DNA of 64,000 nt from Nitrosopumilus sp. (lineage in GTDB: Archaea; Thermoproteota; Nitrososphaeria; Nitrososphaerales; Nitrosopumilaceae). Shown here piece by piece: positions 18,817 through 29,035 of the stretch. The stretch spans positions 1,664,001-1,728,000 of the forward strand of contig OZ241981.1 in the NCBI GenBank assembly GCA_965204345.1, in the 5' to 3' direction. Position numbers and translations under genes: made by a program. Below the pieces are notes generated by a model, which saw only the letters and a program-made list of their open reading frames with translations, ran no database searches and had not been told where the DNA came from. Each line of letters begins with the position of its first letter. Within the stretch, counting starts at the first letter, position 1.

Positions 18817-19875
18817 TTGCACGATATTTTGGGGCCTTCTGAAATTTCATCATCTGAATGGCTGTCTCTAAATCAATTTCTCTACGAACTAAAGCAAGTC
18901 AATTCAACCTGTGTATCTGTCTATTACCCTTATGGAAAAGGCTCTGATGTTGTTTCTCTCTTGCAGGAAAGCAAAAGAGATGACGCCATTGAAAAAATAG
19001 AATTAAAAATTCAAAAAAGAATCCTTAAACTCAGAAAAAATCCCACGTCTGTCGGGCAATTTACTAGAACCTTGTGTATTTTCGGTTGGATGAACAATGG
19101 GAAAATTGTTCTCAAGGAGATTGGCACGTCAAAAAAACTTCCTTACATTTACATGAAAAGTAAAAAGCCATACATCAAGCCGTTTCGTGATGTGCTCAAG
19201 ACCAACTATGATGTGTTGGTAGTCACACTTGATCAAAAATCTGCAAAGATACAGAAGTTTCATGGAAGTCAAATATTACAAGAGACAAAACTCAAAATTG
19301 ATTTACAGGGAAGGCACAAAAAAGGAGGACAAAGCCAGGGTAGGTTTTTGAGGGCAAGGCAGACCAAAATTCATGTCTTCTTTAAAAAAATTGCAAACAA
19401 AGTCAGGGCTATGGATTCAAACTGTGAACTAATATTGCTGGGTGGGATTGGTCCTGCAAAAACAGAATTTTATGACGAGCTGAATTCAGAACTTGTAAAA
19501 AAATGCCGATTTGTAGAAAATCTGTCATTTTCAACCCCCATAAACAAAATACATGAAAAAATTATCCATCATTTGTATGAACACCGGAGAAAATATGTGA
19601 TAGAACTGATTGAAAAATATGAAAAACTGTTCAAGGACGGATTGACTGCAAGAAGGAATTCCGTAATTTACAAGGCCTTAGAAATTGGCGCCGTAGATAC
19701 GCTGATTGTTTCTGTAAACTATCATACAAATTCTCAATTTAAGACTATCATGAAAATGCTTGAATTGGCCAAAAACACATCATCTAAGATTGAGTTTGCT
19801 ATCTCTCCTAAGATAATTAAAAAGTTAGATATTGATAATGCTGTTTTGGCTATACTTCGATACAGGATAAAATAA
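18817..19875 (+). CDS. eRF1-like / Vms1-type peptidyl-tRNA hydrolase family protein
   Basis: RHKKGGQSQGRF (GGQ motif), eRF1 domain 2/3 features (LGGIGPAKTEF, ALEIGAVDTLIV); no NIKS motif seen. Confidence 0.75.
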   Translation: MHDILGPSEISSSEWLSLNQFLYELKQVNSTCVSVYYPYGKGSDVVSLLQESKRDDAIEKIELKIQKRILKLRKNPTSVGQFTRTLCIFGWMNNGKIVLKEIGTSKKLPYIYMKSKKPYIKPFRDVLKTNYDVLVVTLDQKSAKIQKFHGSQILQETKLKIDLQGRHKKGGQSQGRFLRARQTKIHVFFKKIANKVRAMDSNCELILLGGIGPAKTEFYDELNSELVKKCRFVENLSFSTPINKIHEKIIHHLYEHRRKYVIELIEKYEKLFKDGLTARRNSVIYKALEIGAVDTLIVSVNYHTNSQFKTIMKMLELAKNTSSKIEFAISPKIIKKLDIDNAVLAILRYRIK

Positions 19876-19895
19876 TTCTGCATTTAGGAGCTCTG

Positions 19896-21206
19896 CTATT
19901 GTATTTTTTCTACAATGTCTGTGAACTTCCACGTACCGCACATTGCATCCTTGCTTTCATTTTCCAACAGTCCTGATTTGTCTAGGTGATTTACAATATG
20001 CACTGCAAATGGGAGCGCCCCTGTGGCTCCTGGGGAATTGTAATTTAAAACATGAAATGACCCCTCATCATCATCTATTAGCATCACATCTGGTACAAAT
20101 TTTCCGTCTTCGGCAATAACTACTGATCGTATGCCTGCTGTTCCCTTTCTTGTAATTTTATCTGCATCGATTTTGGGCAAGAATTTTCTTACCCTGTTGA
20201 TCATGGCAGTTTTTGATATGGATGACTGGATTTCATTTATTGCCAATTCCTGAAACTGTCTGTCAAAAATTGCTTTTCTTGCACCAGAGCCCAGCATCTC
20301 TAAGGTTTTTGGAATGAATTCCTTGATGTTTTCTGACGTGCTATATCCATATGGGCTGAATACTGGAACCGCATTGGGTCCAATCTCGCAGCTGCTATCA
20401 GCTCTGATAATCCAGTGCGGATCCAAAAATGGATATTCTGGATGCTCTGGAACTGAATACACGCTTGATTTTGTAAGATTGTGGTACTCTGTTGGAACTT
20501 TCCAATACTCTCCTCTGAAATGCACATCTGTAAATTCCTCTGCAATGCCTAGTTCATGTGCAATATCTACGGCCTCTCCACCTGCCGTATTAATCAAAAA
20601 TTTTGCATGAATTTCATACTCGTGATTTAGTGTGATTATCCACCTGCCACTTTCTTTTTTTATTCCAGTTACCCTTGTATCCAGCAAAAATTTTGTACCG
20701 TTCTCTTTGCTATCCCTCATTAGCGCATTTGTAAATATTGCATAATCCGTTGAAGCATCCCTGTAAACACACAGTGCCGATTGACATTTTATTTCGGGCT
20801 CTATTTCTGCTACCTCCTCCTTATTCATCAGTCTGATGTCCTTGTCTTCAAGGCCGTTTTGTCTTCCCCATTTTAGATATTTTTCAAGCGTATTGCTGCC
20901 GTTTTCATCTAGTGCCACCTCGATTACTCCGTCTTTTTTGAACGGTATGTTTTTTATTTTTGCGTATTCCTCCCACATTTCATATCCGTGAAAAGCTGAT
21001 TTTGCAAATAGTTTTTTCTTTTTGGGATTGTACAAGTATGGCGCATGGACTTTTCCGGTATTTCTTCCACTGGTATGAAATGCAACACTATGAGCCTGTT
21101 CTATAACCGCTATTTTTTTTGATTTGTTTAGAAACGATAGAAAATATGATATCGATGTTCCAAGAATGCCCCCACCGATAATCACCATGTCAAAATCCTG
21201 TACCAA
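19896..21206 (-). CDS. FAD-dependent oxidoreductase, L-2-hydroxyglutarate oxidase-like
   Basis: IIGGGILG, HTSGRNTG.VH, FRGEY, GPNA, NSPGAT. Confidence 0.85.
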   Translation of the reverse strand: MVQDFDMVIIGGGILGTSISYFLSFLNKSKKIAVIEQAHSVAFHTSGRNTGKVHAPYLYNPKKKKLFAKSAFHGYEMWEEYAKIKNIPFKKDGVIEVALDENGSNTLEKYLKWGRQNGLEDKDIRLMNKEEVAEIEPEIKCQSALCVYRDASTDYAIFTNALMRDSKENGTKFLLDTRVTGIKKESGRWIITLNHEYEIHAKFLINTAGGEAVDIAHELGIAEEFTDVHFRGEYWKVPTEYHNLTKSSVYSVPEHPEYPFLDPHWIIRADSSCEIGPNAVPVFSPYGYSTSENIKEFIPKTLEMLGSGARKAIFDRQFQELAINEIQSSISKTAMINRVRKFLPKIDADKITRKGTAGIRSVVIAEDGKFVPDVMLIDDDEGSFHVLNYNSPGATGALPFAVHIVNHLDKSGLLENESKDAMCGTWKFTDIVEKIQ

Positions 21207-21293
21207 TAGCTCTCAATTTTATTTTGTCCTAGTTGATAATAAATTCAACATGCAACAATCAAGATTAATATCTGATAAAATTTTGATTTAGGT

Positions 21294-21578
21294 ATGCTGC
21301 CTGACAGGTGTTCAGTAATGGAAGAAGGCAAACCTTGTGTAAATCCCCCCGAATTTATTGTATCTGTTATCGCGGGATCTGATGAGTACATGGTCGGATT
21401 AACTTGCCAAAAGCACAAACAAATTGTTTCTGGCAAAGTTGGAATCTTGCAAAATGAAGGCAAGATGCACGATGGCAAAATTAACTTCCTTCCTGTAAAG
21501 GCAGTAGGAACTGACTGCATTCATGGCGATGCTGATGATGATTTTGTCCAAATTGATATGAACAGTTCAAAAAATTAA
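21294..21578 (+). CDS. Small Cys-containing hypothetical protein
   Basis: Clean ORF with RC..PC..CQKH..DCIH; TA-rich promoter upstream. Confidence 0.75.
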   Translation: MLPDRCSVMEEGKPCVNPPEFIVSVIAGSDEYMVGLTCQKHKQIVSGKVGILQNEGKMHDGKINFLPVKAVGTDCIHGDADDDFVQIDMNSSKN

Positions 21579-21851
21579 AGCAGCTTACTTGTCATTGCAT
21601 AGATTGACTATCTGATTTAGTTCAAACTGATAATGTCTTGCTTGTCGTAAAAAAATAACTGTGCAACAAGCAAGTTTGTTGCCTTGATGAAATTCAATGA
21701 ATAGACCCTGCACCATTTTTTTTATAAAGATGCATGATTAAGCAATTAATTTTTGAAAGAAAAAAAACGTGTATGATCATCTAGCCAAAAGTTTGCTTTA
21801 AAATTGAATTTTAAAAAAAACCTTGCCTGAAAAAGACAAGGAGAAAAAATA

Positions 21852-21938
21852 TTATTCCTCAGATTCTTTCTTCTTCTCTTTTTCAGATTGTAGTTTAGCT
21901 AATTCTAATTCTTTATTTGTATGCTTGAATTTTTTCAA
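21852..21938 (-). CDS. Putative 28-aa charged microprotein (not in ORF track)
   Basis: TTG-KKFKHTNKELELAKLQSEKEKKKESEE-stop; TTTTTATA box ~25-30 nt upstream; hairpin plus T-run downstream. Confidence 0.45.
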   Translation of the reverse strand: MKKFKHTNKELELAKLQSEKEKKKESEE

Positions 21939-22007
21939 TCTGACTTATAGATAACATTTAGATATAAAAACTCAACATTATGTTGATCTGTATCTCATGC
22001 GTGAAAA

Positions 22008-22976
22008 TCAGTATCCTACCGAATAAGTTGGGCTTTTTCCACTTATTCCAAGTTTCAAGTTTTTCACCACAATTTCTGCCATTTTGATTCTTGTCTCTTT
22101 TGTCGAGCTTCCAATGTGTGGCGCTAGTACCGTGTTTGAAAGTTTTGTTAGTGGGTGATTCTTTTTGATTGGCTCTGTTTCAAATACGTCCAAACCTGCA
22201 CCTGAAATCAATTTTTTCCTTAGTGCTGTTTCAAGATCCTTTTCATTAATTATTCTGCCTCTTGACGTGTTTATCAGAAACGAAGAGTCCTTCATCTTCT
22301 TGAAAACTTTCATGTCAAACATCTTGTCTGTCTCTTTTGTATGTGGCACATGGATTGAAATAAAGTCACTTTCCGTGATTAGTTTTTCAAACGACACGTA
22401 TCTTGCACCAAGTCTTCTCTCTCTGTCTTTTGAAACACGTCTTCTGTTGTGGTATGTTATTTTCATCTCAAATGCCTTTGCTCTTTTTGCAAGCGTGCTG
22501 CCGATTCTGCCTAAACCCAATATGCCCAGTGTTTTATTTTGCAAACCTGCTCCAACATAATCAAATGCCCCATAGATCTCCTTCCATTTTCCGTTGCGAA
22601 TAATTCTGTCTCCTTCTGAAACCCTCCTTGAAATATCCAATAGCAGTGAGAATGCCATGTCAGCTGTTGCATCCGTTAATACTTTTGGCGTATACCCGAT
22701 TCTGATCTTCTTTTCTTTGGCATACTCTGTATCTATATGATCAAAGCCGACACTGTATGTACTAATGACTCTGAGATTTTTTGCGTAATCCATTGTCTCT
22801 TTATTGATTCTGTCATATGGAAAGCAAATCAATCCGTCAATTTCTTTTATTTTTGATCGCAGTTTTGTTTGCGGAATTGGAATTTTTCCATCGTATACTT
22901 CAATATCGTACGTCTTTTTTAATTCTTTTAGTGCAAAATCGTGCAGCCTTCTTGTAAGGAAAACTTTCTTTTTCAT
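22008..22976 (-). CDS. D-isomer 2-hydroxyacid dehydrogenase (glyoxylate reductase / D-glycerate dehydrogenase)
   Basis: SVGFDHID, GILGLGRIG, INTSRG, AGLDVFETEP, PHIGSST. Confidence 0.92.
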   Translation of the reverse strand: MKKKVFLTRRLHDFALKELKKTYDIEVYDGKIPIPQTKLRSKIKEIDGLICFPYDRINKETMDYAKNLRVISTYSVGFDHIDTEYAKEKKIRIGYTPKVLTDATADMAFSLLLDISRRVSEGDRIIRNGKWKEIYGAFDYVGAGLQNKTLGILGLGRIGSTLAKRAKAFEMKITYHNRRRVSKDRERRLGARYVSFEKLITESDFISIHVPHTKETDKMFDMKVFKKMKDSSFLINTSRGRIINEKDLETALRKKLISGAGLDVFETEPIKKNHPLTKLSNTVLAPHIGSSTKETRIKMAEIVVKNLKLGISGKSPTYSVGY

Positions 22977-23028
22977 CAGTCTTGAGGTTTATCTCAAACC
23001 ATTTATACGATTTCTTTGTAGTTTCTTT

Positions 23029-23169
23029 ATGTCTTCTGAGGTTGAAGAGGAATTTGCCATCTGTGTAGAATGTGGAAATTCGATTGAAAAGTGCGTATGT
23101 GTATGTCCTTATTGTGGCGAACGTGATAAATGTGAATGTGCCTTATTTGATGCGGCAACAGGCGGATAA
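23029..23169 (+). CDS. 46-aa Cys-rich (zinc-binding) protein
   Basis: MSSEVEEEFAICVECGNSIEKCVCVCPYCGERDKCECALFDAATGG; TTTATA box ~25 nt upstream. Confidence 0.75.
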   Translation: MSSEVEEEFAICVECGNSIEKCVCVCPYCGERDKCECALFDAATGG

Positions 23170-23216
23170 AACATGCATCACATTCATATCAAAATTCAAA
23201 AAGTGAGTGAGAACCT

Positions 23217-25127
23217 GTGATTCCCGTGGATTTTACTTGGTTGATTGGAGGGCCTCAGGGCAGTGGGGTAGAATCTGGCGCAAACATATTCTCAAAAGTC
23301 TGTGCCGAGATGGGATACCATGTATTTGGCAAGAGGGAGTTTTATTCTAATATCAAGGGCGAACACAGTTATTTTACAGTAAGAATTACTGATAAAAAAA
23401 TCAATTCAAATGTAAATGGCGTTGATCTGATGGCCTCCTTTGATGCTGAAACTATTTTTCGTCATTTTGATGAAGTCATATCCGGCGGCGGCATCATTTA
23501 TGACTCTGACTTGGAAGATACAAAAACAGATTCTGTACACACTCTTGATGCCCCCTTCAAAGAAAGATTGCATGCAAAGCTAACCTCCAAAAACAAGCCG
23601 TTTACCATTGCAGGTGTCCTAGAAATTGCAAAAGAAAACGGGGCCGTATTGTTTCCCGTATCCTTTAGGTCCTTGCTTGAGACTCTTTCTGAGGAAACTG
23701 AAAATCCTCGCCTAAGGGGACTAGTAAGAATGTATAACGTAATTGGAGTGTCCCTGTCTTTGGGCCTAGTTAAGATGCCTCCTGATTCCTTGCAAAAGAC
23801 AATCGAGTCAATTTTTTCAAAAAAGCCTGCAATTGCAAAAATTAACCAAACTACTGCAAGCTATTCTTACAACTATGCTGCTGCAAAATTTGACAATTTT
23901 GACCATACGCTACCTGGAATTCAAAAGGAATCCCAAACCCTCTTGGTTCAGGGATTTCAAGGAACTGCATTAGGTAAAATGGCATGTGGATGCAGATTCC
24001 AGCCTTATTATCCGATTACTCCAGCATCTGACGAGTCTGTCTTTTTAGAATCAAATGAGCTCTTGGAAATAATTGATGACAGGCCTGGCTCTACTGCCGT
24101 AATTCAGACAGAGGATGAAATCTGTGCGATGGGCATGGCCATTGGAGGCGCGCTAACTGGAACCCGTTCTGCAACATGCACGTCTGGTCCAGGGTTTGCA
24201 CTGATGACTGAAATGCTGGGCTGGGCTGGGATAAACGAGGTTCCTGTTGTGATAACCAATTACCAAAGAAGTGGGCCATCCACCGGTCTTCCTACCCGCC
24301 ATGGGCAAGACGACCTGCTCTTCTCCGTATACGCAGGACATGGGGATTTTCCAAAAATTGTTTATGCCTCTGGGGACATTGAAGAGAGTTTCTATGATAC
24401 CGGCAACTGTTTTAACTATGCTGATATATTTCAGGTTCCTGTAATTCATCTGATGGACAAGTTTCATGCAAGCTCTGTAATTACATGCAAGCGATTTGAT
24501 CCACGAAAGATTTCTATCAATAGGGGCAAACTATTGAAGAAGATAGATGATGACTATAGACGGTTTGAATTTACCGATGATGGCATATCTCCCCGTTCTA
24601 GACTGGGTATTGACAATGGTATTTTCTGGAATACTGGCGATGAGTCTGATGAATCAGGCCATATTACAGAAGATCCAATCTTGCGTGTAAAAATGATGGA
24701 TAAGAGAATGTCCCGTCTTGATCTGATTCTAAAAGATATCTCCGATGATGAGCAGGCCAAATCCTTTGGCGTTTATGAGCATACTGTAATTTCATGGGGC
24801 TCGGCCAAAGGTCCCGTCCTTGATGCGCTAGAAATGCTCAAAAATGAAGGAATATCTGTTGGATTTATTCAGCTAAAGCTGATTCATCCCTTTCCTACTG
24901 ACTATGTGAACTTTTTGCTAAAAGATGCCAAGACAATTATTGATATTGAGGCCAATCATTCAGGACAGTTAGGGAAGTTGTTCAAACAAAATACTGGACG
25001 CGATGTTGATTACTTTATTTTAAAATATAATGGCAGGGCAATGACATCCACTGAGGTCTATGATTCACTCAAAAAAATCATTCAAAACAAAGCAAACAAA
25101 CGGGAGGTTTTAATGCATGGCGCTTAA
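23217..25127 (+). CDS. korA: 2-oxoacid:ferredoxin oxidoreductase alpha subunit (gamma-alpha fusion)
   Basis: [45 protein letters not shown]. Confidence 0.93.
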   Translation: MIPVDFTWLIGGPQGSGVESGANIFSKVCAEMGYHVFGKREFYSNIKGEHSYFTVRITDKKINSNVNGVDLMASFDAETIFRHFDEVISGGGIIYDSDLEDTKTDSVHTLDAPFKERLHAKLTSKNKPFTIAGVLEIAKENGAVLFPVSFRSLLETLSEETENPRLRGLVRMYNVIGVSLSLGLVKMPPDSLQKTIESIFSKKPAIAKINQTTASYSYNYAAAKFDNFDHTLPGIQKESQTLLVQGFQGTALGKMACGCRFQPYYPITPASDESVFLESNELLEIIDDRPGSTAVIQTEDEICAMGMAIGGALTGTRSATCTSGPGFALMTEMLGWAGINEVPVVITNYQRSGPSTGLPTRHGQDDLLFSVYAGHGDFPKIVYASGDIEESFYDTGNCFNYADIFQVPVIHLMDKFHASSVITCKRFDPRKISINRGKLLKKIDDDYRRFEFTDDGISPRSRLGIDNGIFWNTGDESDESGHITEDPILRVKMMDKRMSRLDLILKDISDDEQAKSFGVYEHTVISWGSAKGPVLDALEMLKNEGISVGFIQLKLIHPFPTDYVNFLLKDAKTIIDIEANHSGQLGKLFKQNTGRDVDYFILKYNGRAMTSTEVYDSLKKIIQNKANKREVLMHGA

Positions 25128-26079
25128 GCTGGCTGATTTTAAGACCAGTGTCCATAATGATTGGTGCCCCGGATGCGGGGATTTTGGGATTGTCAATGCA
25201 ATCCAGATGGCTTTAGCTGAGATGGGCATAGAGCGAGACAAGGCCGCGATGTTTTCTGGAATTGGATGCTCTGGCAAGACTTCTCATTATATCAACACAT
25301 ATGGCGTTCATACTCTGCATGGCAGAGTTTTGACTTTTGCCCAGGGGGCAAAAATTGCAAATCCTGAACTCACTGTAGTTGCAGTGGGCGGCGATGGTGA
25401 CGGTTTGGGCATTGGTGCCGGTCATTTTGTAGCTGCTGGCAGACGTAATGTGGATATGACTTACATTATTTTTGATAATGGCGTCTACGGTCTGACAAAA
25501 GGACAGGCCTCCCCCACCTTGAAGTTGGGAGAAAAAACAAAATCACTGCCTTCTCCAAATACAAATTCTAATGTCAATCCCATTGGGTTGGCAGTCGCAA
25601 GTGGCTTTACGTTTGTAGCCCGTGGATACTCTTATGACGTGAGACATCTCAAAGATCTGATAGTTCAGGCAGTTAACCACAAGGGTCTTTCGTTTCTTGA
25701 TGTTTTACAACCCTGCCCGACTTACAATGATCTTAATACCAGAGACTGGTATGCCGGGACTGATCTAGTTGATGAAGCACAAAAAAGGCATTCAAGAATT
25801 TACAAACTTGAGGATCATGGATATGAGCCCATGGTCCACTATGATTCAGAGGTTGAAATGAATGAAAAACTCTCTCAAGCTCTGATAAAGTCCCTTGAAT
25901 GGGGTAAGAAAATACCCACAGGCGTGTTTTACAAAAATGAGCTTGTTTCTCCTTACACCCAAAGACTAAAAGACAAAATCCCAAACTATTTGGAAAACTC
26001 TCCTGCAAAACAAAATATTTCAAAAAATGGCTATTCTAATACTGACATTTCAAAAATATTGGACTCCTTGGAGGTATAG
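25117..26079 (+). CDS. korB: 2-oxoacid:ferredoxin oxidoreductase beta subunit
   Basis: [25 protein letters not shown] motif, [15 protein letters not shown]. Confidence 0.93.
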   Translation: MALKLADFKTSVHNDWCPGCGDFGIVNAIQMALAEMGIERDKAAMFSGIGCSGKTSHYINTYGVHTLHGRVLTFAQGAKIANPELTVVAVGGDGDGLGIGAGHFVAAGRRNVDMTYIIFDNGVYGLTKGQASPTLKLGEKTKSLPSPNTNSNVNPIGLAVASGFTFVARGYSYDVRHLKDLIVQAVNHKGLSFLDVLQPCPTYNDLNTRDWYAGTDLVDEAQKRHSRIYKLEDHGYEPMVHYDSEVEMNEKLSQALIKSLEWGKKIPTGVFYKNELVSPYTQRLKDKIPNYLENSPAKQNISKNGYSNTDISKILDSLEV

Positions 26080-26254
26080 GATGTATTGTGAAATATCCGG
26101 TTCAGGTTACAATTTCAAATTTGTTTGTGTGTTATTTTGGAATTAGTTTATCACTGCTTTTATCGTCAACGTGATTGGAAGAATTGCTTCTACTGACCAA
26201 GCAGTTTTAGATGCTGTTTGGGAAAACGCGCCGCATTTGGCTTCAAATCCTGAG

Positions 26255-26647
26255 TTATTCTTCTGCTATTGGGATCTCTACAATGCCTGATTCTAGAATG
26301 TATGCTCTGAAATTTTTGTTAATTCCCGAATAAATTACCCATGCAACCGGGTTGCCTTGCATGAATTTCTTGTCTGTATCTGATGGAAATGCGTCTGAAT
26401 TGGGGTGTGAATGGAAGATCCCAATTACCTCTGTCCCCTTTTCCTCGGCAATACTGTATCCCTCCATCAGCTGCTCGTCTGAAATTGTAAAGTTAACGGG
26501 TGACTCTTTTATGTTCTCTGCCAAAAACAAATCCGAAACTCTGTCTTCTCTTCCAAACAACAACGCACATGCCTCATTAGGTTTTTGATTTTCTGAATAC
26601 TCTGCCAAAATTTTTTTATCTGATAGCGATAGTGTTATTTTTTGCAA
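26255..26647 (-). CDS. JAMM/MPN+ (M67) metallopeptidase
   Basis: PNEACALL...FHSHPNSDAFPSDTD. Confidence 0.92.
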   Translation of the reverse strand: MQKITLSLSDKKILAEYSENQKPNEACALLFGREDRVSDLFLAENIKESPVNFTISDEQLMEGYSIAEEKGTEVIGIFHSHPNSDAFPSDTDKKFMQGNPVAWVIYSGINKNFRAYILESGIVEIPIAEE

Positions 26648-26649
26648 AT

Positions 26650-27750
26650 CTATTCGACATTAACTGTTCCCATCATCCAAGGATGAACTACACAGTAATA
26701 ATCAAAAGATCCTGGGTCATTAAATGCAGTTTCAAATGTTTCACCTGCCGGAAGTAACCCCGAATCAAATATGCCATCTGCCCCTGTCTCCTTAAGCCCA
26801 CTTGTTACAGTATGTGCCGCAGTATCGTCATTACTCCAAGAAACAAGGGTACCTGCATCAATGCTTACTTCAAACGGTAAATAGCATTCGTTTGTTTCCT
26901 CACATCCTGTTACGCTTGTTCCCTCTGGAATTGAAACCTTGGTCGGCTCTGATGGGGCCTCAATTACTATTGTTGCAACCATCCATGTATGTAAAATACA
27001 CAGGTATTCGTATTCTCCTGCTTCCATTGACGTTGTATCTAACGTGTAACTTTCTCCTGCATTAATCAAGCTAGAGTCAAATGTTTCTCCAATGTCTACT
27101 GCGCTTGTTACGGTGTGTGCAACAGCATCTACGTTTATCCACTCAATTGTATGTCCTTGCGGTATCACTGCCCTGTCTGGTTCATAGTCTGGGTTTCCTT
27201 CTTGATCTGATCCTTCCAAAATATCAATTGTAAATACTGGCCCAGCTGGCACAAGATCCTCCTCTGGTTCCTCAATGCCCACCTGTTGGGGAATCATGTA
27301 TGTGTCAGGAGCTGAGAAGACTCCAAATGATACCCACATGATAATTCCGGTTGCTGCAGCCATTGCCACAATTGATCCTATTGGCTTTACTATGGTTGGA
27401 TGCTTCATTGCCAAATATGCAATAATTATCGCTGGAAATGCAATTCCCATTAAAATTCCTGCAATTGTAACTGTAAAGTTTGATGTATTCATAGTCATGG
27501 CATACATGCCAAATCCCAGTGATATTGACAAAATTACCAGAGTCGTAGCCTTGGCCCTGTTGCTAGTTGAAACCCCTCCATCTAGAATGCCTGCTGCCAA
27601 GAAAATCAGTCCCACAAACATGGTCAGGCCTGTTAATGCGTGCATTCCGTCAATGAATGTGTGTGCGATACCTGCATAGGACAACGTAAGACCTGCCAAG
27701 CCTATAGCTGTAAGTCCCATTCCTGGCATCATGAGGTCCCAATTACTCAT
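26650..27750 (-). CDS. Membrane protein with two plastocyanin/cupredoxin domains
   Basis: About 5 TMs, then two HTVTS...YxCxxHxWM type-1 copper motifs. Confidence 0.9.
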   Translation of the reverse strand: MSNWDLMMPGMGLTAIGLAGLTLSYAGIAHTFIDGMHALTGLTMFVGLIFLAAGILDGGVSTSNRAKATTLVILSISLGFGMYAMTMNTSNFTVTIAGILMGIAFPAIIIAYLAMKHPTIVKPIGSIVAMAAATGIIMWVSFGVFSAPDTYMIPQQVGIEEPEEDLVPAGPVFTIDILEGSDQEGNPDYEPDRAVIPQGHTIEWINVDAVAHTVTSAVDIGETFDSSLINAGESYTLDTTSMEAGEYEYLCILHTWMVATIVIEAPSEPTKVSIPEGTSVTGCEETNECYLPFEVSIDAGTLVSWSNDDTAAHTVTSGLKETGADGIFDSGLLPAGETFETAFNDPGSFDYYCVVHPWMMGTVNVE

Positions 27751-27845
27751 TTAAGATAGCTGGTAGGACTGAGATACTTATTCCTTGCGAAATGTTGGGG
27801 ATCTAGACGAATAAATTAAATGGCTTTGGGATAGGATAGAGTAAG

Positions 27846-28733
27846 TTGGGATTTAATGAAATACTGGAGATATCAAAACCCAGAATTGTCGTTCTTTTAG
27901 TAATTACAGCAGTTACATCCATGTATGGAGCTAGCAGACTTGTTCCCGGTGTCCCTGAACTTGATTACTGGGCTTATCTGCACATTATCGTCGCAGGTGC
28001 ATTGGCCTCTGCTGGCTCTAGTGCTTTAAACCACTATTATGATAAGGACATTGATCCTAAGATGACGAGAACTAGTACCAGGCCTATTCCATCCGGACGC
28101 ATGTCTGCATCCGGCGTCCTCATATATGGTTTAGCTGTAAGCTGTGTTTCTGTAATCTATGGATATCTTGCACTAAATGCCGTATCTGCATTCTTTATTG
28201 CAGTTGGCATTTTTTCATACGTAGTTATTTACACTGTATGGCTAAAGCGAAAAAATACCTCAAACATTGTAATTGGCGGGATAGCCGGCAGCGCTGCATC
28301 TTGGGCCGGATGGGCAGCTGCAACAGGCAGCATGGATTTGCTGGGTTTTCTAGTTGGCTTTCTGGTTTTTGTTTGGACCCCCTCCCACTTTTGGTGCCTT
28401 GCCATGAAAATCAAAGACGAATATGCAGAAGCAAAAGTTCCCATGCTTCCCGTGGTAATTGGAATGCAAAAAACATCCAACTTTATCTTAGGCAACACCA
28501 TAATTTTGATTCCATACTCTCTGATACTTTCATTTATTCCTGATGGAATGGGACTTGTTTATACTGTGATTGCCGTTGTATCTGGAGGATTGATGCTCGT
28601 ATATCACTACAAACTAACTAAAACTCCGACTTCTGAATTTGCCTGGAAGGCATACAAGGTAACTGCCCCCTATCTTACGATAATTTTTGTTGCCATAGCA
28701 CTAGATGCCGCGTTTCACATTCCCTTGTTCTGA
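27846..28733 (+). CDS. ctaB: Protoheme IX farnesyltransferase (heme o synthase)
   Basis: KPRIV, DKDIDPKMTRTSTRPIPSG, WTPSHFW, EYAEAKVPMLP. Confidence 0.95.
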   Translation: MGFNEILEISKPRIVVLLVITAVTSMYGASRLVPGVPELDYWAYLHIIVAGALASAGSSALNHYYDKDIDPKMTRTSTRPIPSGRMSASGVLIYGLAVSCVSVIYGYLALNAVSAFFIAVGIFSYVVIYTVWLKRKNTSNIVIGGIAGSAASWAGWAAATGSMDLLGFLVGFLVFVWTPSHFWCLAMKIKDEYAEAKVPMLPVVIGMQKTSNFILGNTIILIPYSLILSFIPDGMGLVYTVIAVVSGGLMLVYHYKLTKTPTSEFAWKAYKVTAPYLTIIFVAIALDAAFHIPLF

Positions 28734-28736
28734 AAG

Positions 28737-29033
28737 TTACTTGTCTACGCCGGGGAAGCTAGCTTCGTAATCCTTTTCCATGGTTTTCTTTACCTGCTCT
28801 TCTATCTTGTCGACTGTCTTTTCAACTTCTGCCACTTCTATTCTGCGCTCATCCTTTGTAACCCATGAGACTTTGATCAGCCCTAAAATCTCCAAATCCA
28901 AAAGTATCTTGTTGAACCTGTCATCTGCAATAGCATGTCCGTCCTTTACTAAACTCTTGAAGAGCTCAACATCTGTTAAGCGATTTGCCTCTTTTATCTT
29001 CTCAAATACTGTGTTTCTTATTGGTATTGCCAT
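28737..29033 (-). CDS. Conserved hypothetical protein (winged-helix-like)
   Basis: FNKILLDLEILGLIKVSW; immediately downstream of cdc48. Confidence 0.78.
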   Translation of the reverse strand: MAIPIRNTVFEKIKEANRLTDVELFKSLVKDGHAIADDRFNKILLDLEILGLIKVSWVTKDERRIEVAEVEKTVDKIEEQVKKTMEKDYEASFPGVDK

Positions 29034-29035
29034 TT

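Noticed and set aside
21957-21985. TTTAGATATAA resembling one arm of an archaeal dif site (similar at 18776)
   Set aside because: No matching second arm; better explained as a TATA region.
22804-23028. N-terminal 75 aa of the 121-aa ORF
   Set aside because: Overlaps the dehydrogenase on the other strand; the real start is ATG 23029.
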